18,626 bases of DNA. It comes from Ginkgo biloba (lineage: Eukaryota; Plantae; Ginkgophyta). Below the pieces are notes generated by a model that saw only the letters and a list, made by a program, of their open reading frames with translations, was not told where the DNA came from and made no database searches. Made by a program: the position numbers and the translations under genes. The stretch lies in contig JANKJI020000002.1 of NCBI GenBank assembly GCA_024626585.2, forward strand, positions 181,810,453-181,829,078, in the 5' to 3' direction. Shown in pieces: positions 12,607-18,626 of the stretch; the stretch's first letter is position 1; the number at the start of each line of letters is the position of its first letter.

Positions 12607-13478
12607 CCTCGCCCACCCCTTCAATGGTGGAAAGACTGGGCTTGGAAATTTTCCAAATCACTTATGAAAGAGCAATTCAAACATATTTACCAATGAATGA
12701 GGCCTAGTGATCCATTCATTGAGTAGTTGAACAAGAGATGACAAATACATAACTTGGCATATGCTTGAAGCAAGAACTTTAAACGCTTATGGAAAGCCTC
12801 ATTCGAACCCCAAAAATCCCTTTTGGCATGGTCAATGTTGCACCATGATATGGATATTAGATAAAACCACTCTTGAATGGGTTTTAGAGCCCCTATTTTT
12901 TTTTTTTTTTTCCAACCTAAGACAATCAAACATATTTTCAAGTATTGTTCATGGGCCAAACCTTAATGGGATTAGACTTGTATGTTCACTTCTATCATGA
13001 TTGTCAAGTGATTTTCATGTGGGTATTATCTCTTGGGGTATACCTCCCCATGGTCTATTACCTTTTATAATAGGATGGAAAATCCTTTGGGTGGAGGTCT
13101 TAGCCCAAATTTGGAAAATAAGAAATGAGATTAGTTTTAACACTATGCCTAATAGTTATATATCTAACATTATTATTTCTTATATTATTGTAAATTATGC
13201 TATGTAGATAAATGTCTAACTTAAAAGGGTACATCTATACCTCCATCATATACTTGAGTTGATTGATCACTCGGGATCAACCCCATGTACTATGAGTTGT
13301 GTGTCCCTTGAGTTGTCTTCATAACATCGCTATGTTTATGCACCAATTTTTATGATTCCCTATATACTAGGAGTGGGCATGCCTTTTGTTTATGTTCCCT
13401 GATTTTTGTTGTATAATGATGTAATCCTTTTAATTTTACGAATAGAAGAAAATTATATTTTGCAACAACAAAAAAAAA
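12607..13478 (+). mobile_element. L1-type LINE 3' end (zf-RVT region to poly(A) tail), decayed
   Basis: LNKR*...A*SKNFKRLWKASFEPQKSLLAWSMLHH fits zf-RVT W..LW....P....W...H. WKILWVEVLAQIWKIRNEISFN contains the L1 motif IWxxRNxxxF. The tail CAACAACAAAAAAAAA ends at 13478. Confidence 0.85.
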
Positions 13479-15255
13479 GTCAAGTGGTCCCATGGATGGG
13501 GTCTTTTGTGTTTCTCTCTACATATAGTGCTATGAGTTTTGATGGAATTTATTTGATGTTAAAGAATGGAATTTAATTCCATAAAATAACTACGAATTAT
13601 TTCCATTAGTTGCAAAGAAAAGATAGATGCATAGGAGAGAAGAGTAACAACATTGATATAATGATGAGAGTCCAAGTGTCATTCAAATTCTAAAAAATAT
13701 ACGTGTTGAAGCTAGCCCCTCACCTTTAGCATTCATTAAATAGAGCTTTCCTAAGCATTAGGAGCTCTATGAATTCAAGGAAAGATTCTAATCTTTCCTA
13801 CCAACGACCTCATTTCTCTTCCATGGGACTTGAAAATCTTGAAAATGTGTAGCTTAGCTGCCTCCATGGGACCGTCCTATAAGAAATAACAACTTGCTTA
13901 AGGTGTTGCTAAAAAAAGGGGCTCTAGAGTTTTTCCTCACAAACTTATAAATTTTAGAAGAAAAAGTTGAAGTGTTCATTGGTAAGAGCTTAGCAATTGA
14001 TTAAGTTTCATTTTTTGGAGGAAAAATTATGCAATTAAAGTTAAATCAAAGGGGCTTAGGAAAAATAGCTAGGCGCCTACCGTGTGACCACGCTCTGAAA
14101 AACAAAGGATTACAATCAAATAGTTCTCTTCCAATTTACTTGGAGGAAGTGGAGTTGGGAGCCTCAAATCATTATATTAGTTTTCAATAAATATATTTAC
14201 CCCACATTTGTTTTTGTTTTTTTTTTGTATATCAAAGCTATCAATTGCTTTGTTTCTTTGATGTATATCAGTATGTGAAGTTGTTTGAAATTTGATTAAA
14301 TTTCTGATCTGTCTGATGATTGACTGCAAGATTTTTATTGTCACAACATTAAGGCGTATTACAATCCTTCTTTTGAACTGCAAAAAAAATGATAGTGACT
14401 TTTGATTTGCAGAGCAAATTTTGCAGTCCTTGCATGATGAATGATTTTGTTTTGGGCATGCATCGAATTCTTCAAATTGCACCCCTGAATTCATACAAGA
14501 GTCCAGAAATTCTGCAATTTCCAATCTACAATAGGATTCCATGAATTTGATTAGTTCTCTGAATCTTGTCTGAATTATTGTTCAGTCAACTACATTGCAT
14601 TGTTGATTACTGAAAGTTGTCTTCAATCAGTAATGCTTTGTGTTGTAATGCGAAATACCTATAAAGGCTATGTAATTGTTTTACAAAATTAGCTACATAA
14701 TGCTAACCGTGGACCAAAACTGAATTAAACCTGGCAGGTTACTTGATCACTCGGAGCAAAGTTTTCATCATCAAATTTTCACTTTGCTCTTTTTTAGTGA
14801 TCCCCATGCATTTCATAGAATGTGTAGCTCCATGCATTTGTATGATGAGATTGTGAATTAGAGCAGACCCAACTCTGTTCCCTAAGGCAGGAGCAAACCA
14901 ATCAAGCACCTTGCAAATGCTGTCATTGATGGAAGTGAACAGGACTGAGATGCCACTTTTTACTCTACAATCTGCTTTTACAAGCTCTACAAAGTGCAAG
15001 CAAGGATTTGCAGGGGAAGCCAACATAGAATATTGGCAGGGAGCNNNNNNNNNNNNNNNNATTATCAATGCCAATTTCTTAATACTCCTTGCAAGCTCCT
15101 CTCACAGCTGCTGAAGCTCATAAAAGTAGTATGGAACAATGAGCCAGAAGAATGAGTGAGTAAGAGCAAAGAATAGAAGGGAAATCAGTAAGAATCAAGA
15201 TGAGCTTCTAGCTTCTGATAGCATGCACTGGTAGCAGACATGCAACAAAAAGCTT

Positions 15256-16111
15256 CTAAAAGGGCTCACTTCTTTCAAATTGGAAAAGAGAATCTAAATT
15301 AACGGTGTTAAACATCATATCCATATCTAGCATAGGAGAATCTGCTGCAGAAGTGTGTCCTGATATAACCTCTGTAAGATCAGATTCAGAAGTTTGCAAG
15401 GGTTGTCCATGAGTATTTACCCTTTCATTTAAATTCATGAATGGCATTGCAGGAGGCAGAGTAATATAATTTGAGTCAGATGTGGCAGGAGAACCGAAAA
15501 TCTGAGCAAAATTTGAGACTCCGAGCTCTCCCTCACTGAATGCAACACATTCGTTGTGTTGTTGAGGGAAGAAATCAGTGAAATTCTCTCCCTCACTGGC
15601 TTGCTTTCTAAATAGAGAAACAGATATCTTTGAATGCCTATTCGGTTGTAGTGCAGTATTTGCTGTATTCCCCTCAGGTGGGCGAATGTGAGCCAAATTA
15701 GGCGAATATGGGAACATTGTAGATACCTGGCTCTTACCAAAAACATCAAAATTCTCATTTTCCACTTTGCAAGCTCCACCTGAATCGCTTCCGAACCGAG
15801 ACATTGAGGACTGCCTGGAGCTTGAATTGAAATGGGTTGGATGCAATCCCTGGTCTGTAGTTGTATTGGATTGAAGATTGCAATCAGCGCCAAAGACCAG
15901 AGTTCTTGAAAGATTTGAATTGGGATTGGTATTGGAACCAATCTGAGAAATTGCAAAAGGAAGCTGAATTTGAACAAGACGAGGATCAATTTGGCAGCTG
16001 TGAACGCCTCTGTACGTTATTTCGAAGAATGAAGGATCATCATCCGCTCTCTGCACTTGTTTGGTGGCTTGACATCCCAGATCATTCTTATGCGTGCATC
16101 TGTAATAGCTT
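15256..16111 (-). CDS. WRKY: WRKY exon 3: C2HC zinc finger and Ser-rich/acidic C-terminal region
   Basis: Acceptor TTTGCAG|A at 16112/16111, then AGC TAT TAC AGA TGC (SYYRC) in frame with ORF 15256..16056. Open for 284 codons to TAG. Confidence 0.96.
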
Positions 16112-17398
16112 CTGCAAATTCATGAATGAATTCAGACTCATTAGCTTCAGATCCAAGAAGATTTTCAGAAGAGAAAGAGAATTTTGGGTGGTTCAAAAGA
16201 GTACTACCTAGGATGATGAGCTCCAAGAATGTCNNNNNNNNNNNNNNNNNNNNNNNNNNNNNNNNNNNNNNNNNNNNNNNNNNNNNNNNNNNNNNNNNNN
16301 NNNNNNNNNNNNNNNNNNNNNNNNNNNNNNNNNNNNNNNNNNNNNNNNNNNNNNNNNNNNNNNNNNNNNNNNNNNNNNNNNNNNNNNNNNNNNNNNNNNN
16401 NNNNNNNNNNNNNNNNNNNNNNNNNNNNNNNNNNNNNNNNNNNNNNNNNNNNNNNNNNNNNNNNNNNNNNNNNNNNNNNNNNNNNNNNNNNNNNNNNNNN
16501 NNNNNNNNNNNNNNNNCTAAGTGGTAAATCTAATTAGGCTCACAGAGCAGAGATGTTTTGAAAACCATACAGTAAATCCAATTACTCTCAGATGCACAGC
16601 GAGTTCATATTTAACGCCTAATAAAACTTGAAAAACAGGGGACTGTTGTCAAGGTTTAGATACTACCAGAATGCATAAAAATGGAAAGAAATGAATTATT
16701 GAGTTGCAATATAAAGCCATTGGAAGAAATGAAAATAGCGGTATTCCTTTTTTTTATTAATCTGATGTTNNNNNNNNNNNNNNNNNNNNCCTATTATTCC
16801 TTGGAAATCCAATTTTATCTGAACTGAACCTGGTTTTAATATAAGTCGATGGCAACGTACCTTTTCCTTGAGATTTCTCGTCGCTCCTTGCAGTTTGCTG
16901 GATTGTTTTCTGAGCTATCTCCTGGCTCGCCGCATTTGAGCTTTCCAGATATGGCCATTAAATTGTGAACTGGAGAACCTTCGGACATATCGCTTGGCGG
17001 GCTTCCANNNNNNNNNNNNNNNNNNNNNNNNATCTCTGTTCCTGTTATCTTTGACGGGTATCGTTTGTGAGTGCCCACTTCCTGCAAGTCCTTCTCCAAT
17101 CTGTTTCTCAAGCAGAACTCGGAATCCCCCTCGCCAATCAACAGAATTGGGATTGGAAGTTGAACTCAGTAAGTCTAAAGCCTTACTAAAAGAGGTCACT
17201 ATTTCAGTAGAGGAATGCAGCAGCAGCTCATACAAACCAGAGACTGGAGTAGAATTCAGNNNNNNNNNNNNNNNNNNNNNNNNNNNNNNNNNCTAACTGC
17301 TTTGCCAGTTCACATCCATGAATTACTTCATGACGGGCACACTCGTCCAAATCCGTGGGCTGAATCTTCTCCCAATCTCCCATTCCGGCTTCTGCCAT
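15256..17398 (-). CDS. WRKY: Group III WRKY transcription factor (WRKY41/WRKY53-like), 3 exons: 17398-16861, (start in gap)-16208, 16111-15256
   Basis: Manual translation gives N-terminal MAEAGMGDWEKIQ...EVIHGCELAKQL and EIVTSFSKALDLL, typical of group III. ERREISRKR is split by a phase-2 intron. DILGAHHP-R|SYYRCTHKNDLGCQATKQVQRADDDPSFFEITYRGVHSC is an exact C-X7-C-X23-H-X-C finger. The C-terminus has SPATSDSNY and SESDLTEVIS...SP motifs, and the TAG stop is at 15256-15258. WRKYGQK itself is not visible (N gap 16234-16516). Confidence 0.95.
16208..16233 (-). CDS. WRKY: WRKY exon 2, visible 3' end only (remainder, including WRKYGQK, in the gap)
   Basis: GAC ATT CTT GGA GCT CAT CAT CCT AG|GTAGTA reads DILGAHHP-R, the segment that directly follows WRKYGQK in group III proteins. 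A phase-2 intron of 96 bp follows (16112-16207). Confidence 0.93.
16861..17398 (-). CDS. WRKY: WRKY exon 1 (interrupted by two small N gaps)
   Basis: ATG at 17398 in good context (gaaATGG). Reads MAEAGMGDWEKIQPTDLDECARHEVIHGCELAKQL / gap / LNSTPVSGLYELLLHSSTEIVTSFSKALDLLSS...DNRNRD / gap / GSPPSDMSEGS...CKERREISRKR. Donor is AG|GTACGT at 16861/16860. The frame shifts by one base at each gap. Confidence 0.88.
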
Positions 17399-17514
17399 TT
17401 CCACCTGTACTGATTTTTATGTTCAATTGGCACTCAGAAAAAACTGAAACAATGTACTCACACAGGTGATTTGGGATTTTTTAAAGGTAAATTAGAATTT
17501 TTTTTGTTTTTTTC

Positions 17515-17574
17515 CTATAAATGGCGGCTACACTCTGTTCTCCAGTGGCAGGAAATGCTGAATTGGGTAGCCAT
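17515..17574 (-). promoter_or_regulatory. Upstream ORF 2 (19 aa, MATQFSISCHWRTECSRHL), overlapping the uORF1 stop (TGATG)
   Basis: ATG at 17574 shares its A with the uORF1 TGA and has +4 G context (ATGGCT). TAG at 17517-17515. Confidence 0.45.
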
Positions 17575-17627
17575 CAAAGGACCTGGAGTGAGGCGTTGAG
17601 TGTGTTTGGGAATTCTAGGACTCGCAT
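17574..17627 (-). promoter_or_regulatory. Upstream ORF 1 (17 aa, MRVLEFPNTLNASLQVL) in the putative WRKY 5' leader
   Basis: ATG at 17627, TGA at 17576-17574. Lies between the putative TATA box and the main ATG. Function is inferred. Confidence 0.45.
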
Positions 17628-17687
17628 GACTAAGAGGGCTGAAGGCAGAGGGGGGTAGGATGAGATAAGGGTGGGGAGAAGGAAGCC

Positions 17688-17693
17688 TTTATA
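17688..17693 (-). promoter_or_regulatory. Putative TATA box of the WRKY gene
   Basis: Minus strand ctgTATAAAggc, followed by a pyrimidine-rich (Y-patch/initiator-like) stretch at 17640-17685, about 290 bp upstream of the ATG. Confidence 0.6.
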
Positions 17694-17774
17694 CAGAGGA
17701 GTTATCGGGAGCACTTGGGGGACATCCTGTAACTTCAACCGTGAGACAAATGCCTCCTACAAAAAAGTGGAGCT

Positions 17775-18526
17775 TTGACTACTCCTGAAAGAAATTATGC
17801 GATGTTAATAGTAATCGCGATGTTGGTCTTGGTCACCGATTCAGCGTGTAGGGTTTGGAAGTTGGAGAAGGTCCAAGGGACGACTGCGTCCTTCCGAAGG
17901 CTCAAGCGTTTGAAAGTCAGAGGGACTAAATTGCTTTCAAAGTCTTCATAGAAGTAGAAGAAGAATCTCCGAGGATTCTTCCGCGTAGTTGAAGAGAAAT
18001 TCATGTGAACTGTGACGTTGAATGCATTCGTCATCAATTCTTCTTTTGTCGTCATCAAAGTTTAATACACTATCCATTCAACAAGCAAAGATTGAATATT
18101 CTTTGTTTGGCTCAGTCAAAAACCTCGGTTAAGACCGTGAAATCTTCTTCCTTGCTTGACCACTTTTTTTTAATGTTTGAATCAGAGCCATGATAATCGT
18201 GATTATAAACATATATAAAATTCTGATTATCGTCAAAGTTAAATAATTGATTAAATAGATTTTGCAATGGACAGGTGTTGGCTCCACCGCGCATTAATTT
18301 TTTCTAGTTGGGAATATTAATGGTCTCAAAGTGCTTGACAAAATGTAATTCTAGATACGAATTGACCATCTTAGAGTTCGATTTCCGTCAGTCACGAAAC
18401 AGAAGTTGAAAAAAATAAAAATTGCTGCAAGCAACGGTCATTGTGCATTAAATTTGTCTAACTTGGGAATAAATATGAACGGTATCAAGGTGTTTGACAA
18501 AATGTATTTTTTAATGCGAGTTGACC
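17775..18526. promoter_or_regulatory. W-box (TTGACY) cluster with TGACG and CGCG elements in the WRKY promoter
   Basis: TTGACY at 17775-17780(+), 18114-18119(-), 18156-18161(+), 18362-18367(+) and 18521-18526(+). TGACG/CGTCA at 18013, 18029, 18050, 18231 and 18386. CCGCGT at 17981-17986, CCGCGC at 18287-18292, GAAGAAGAA at 17957-17965. Confidence 0.7.
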
Positions 18527-18605
18527 GTCTTAGAGTTCGCCTTCCGTCAGCAGACAGAAATTGCAAAAAAAAAATTTGTCATCTGCTGCAAGCAACGGTC
18601 ACTTG
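18291..18605. repeat. Diverged tandem duplication, two ~155-160 bp units (18291-18444 and 18445-~18605)
   Basis: Collinear shared blocks occur in both units: gcattaa..ttgggaat, ttgacaaaatgta, ttgacc.tcttagagttcg, ttccgtcag, acagaa.ttg, tgctgcaagcaacggtca. Confidence 0.92.
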
Positions 18606-18626
18606 CTAGTCTCAATTTTTATGACT

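Noticed and set aside
13710-14075. Partial inverted repeats (AGCTTTCCTAAGC / GCTTAGGAAAAATAGCT; repeated CCATGGGAC) suggesting a MITE
   Set aside because: Too short and imperfect. I could not define clear terminal inverted repeats or a target-site duplication.
14177-15114. ORFs 14177..14542(-), 14739..15074(-) and 14911..15114(+)
   Set aside because: No domain similarity that I recognise, low-complexity AT-driven composition, and location in the WRKY 3' flank. Probably spurious.
15138-15170. GCCAGAAGAATGAGTGAGTAAGAGCA, loosely like miR156/miR529
   Set aside because: Several mismatches and indels to the mature miRNAs, and no complementary arm to form a precursor hairpin.
15435-16226. ORFs 15435..15989(-), 15861..16211(+) and 16017..16226(-) overlapping the WRKY gene
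   Set aside because: They are alternative-frame or antisense shadows of WRKY exon 3 and intron 2, with no recognisable motifs.
18291-18605. Tandem repeat as a CRISPR-like or prokaryotic array
   Set aside because: There are two long diverged units without a repeat-spacer structure, and the window is intron-containing plant DNA.
17795-18609. Short ORFs in the promoter (17795, 18005, 18112, 18406)
   Set aside because: Short, not conserved between the two repeat units, and better explained as regulatory DNA.

Overview
Eukaryotic, AT-rich land-plant genomic DNA from a fragmented draft assembly with many N gaps. The old, decayed retroelements suggest a large genome such as a gymnosperm; this is inference only. 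The one clear host gene is a three-exon group III WRKY transcription factor (WRKY41/53-like) on the minus strand at 15256-17398. It has a C-X7-C-X23-H-X-C zinc finger and the conserved R-type intron, and its WRKYGQK core falls inside an assembly gap. Upstream are a TATA box, two overlapping uORFs in the putative leader, and a promoter dense in W-box, TGACG and CGCG motifs that ends in a ~155-bp tandem duplication. The first ~13.5 kb is mostly decayed transposons: a Ty3/gypsy LTR with gag, L1-type LINE fragments, and a chromovirus integrase tail with chromodomain and LTR. It also holds two unexplained items: a spliced, still-open orphan exon set (7636-8591, minus) and a poly(A)-tailed retroposed unit with a small coiled-coil ORF (9800-10509, minus). 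I see no evidence of a wholly new multi-gene system. The best leads are the WRKY cis-regulatory and uORF architecture and these two orphan coding fragments.
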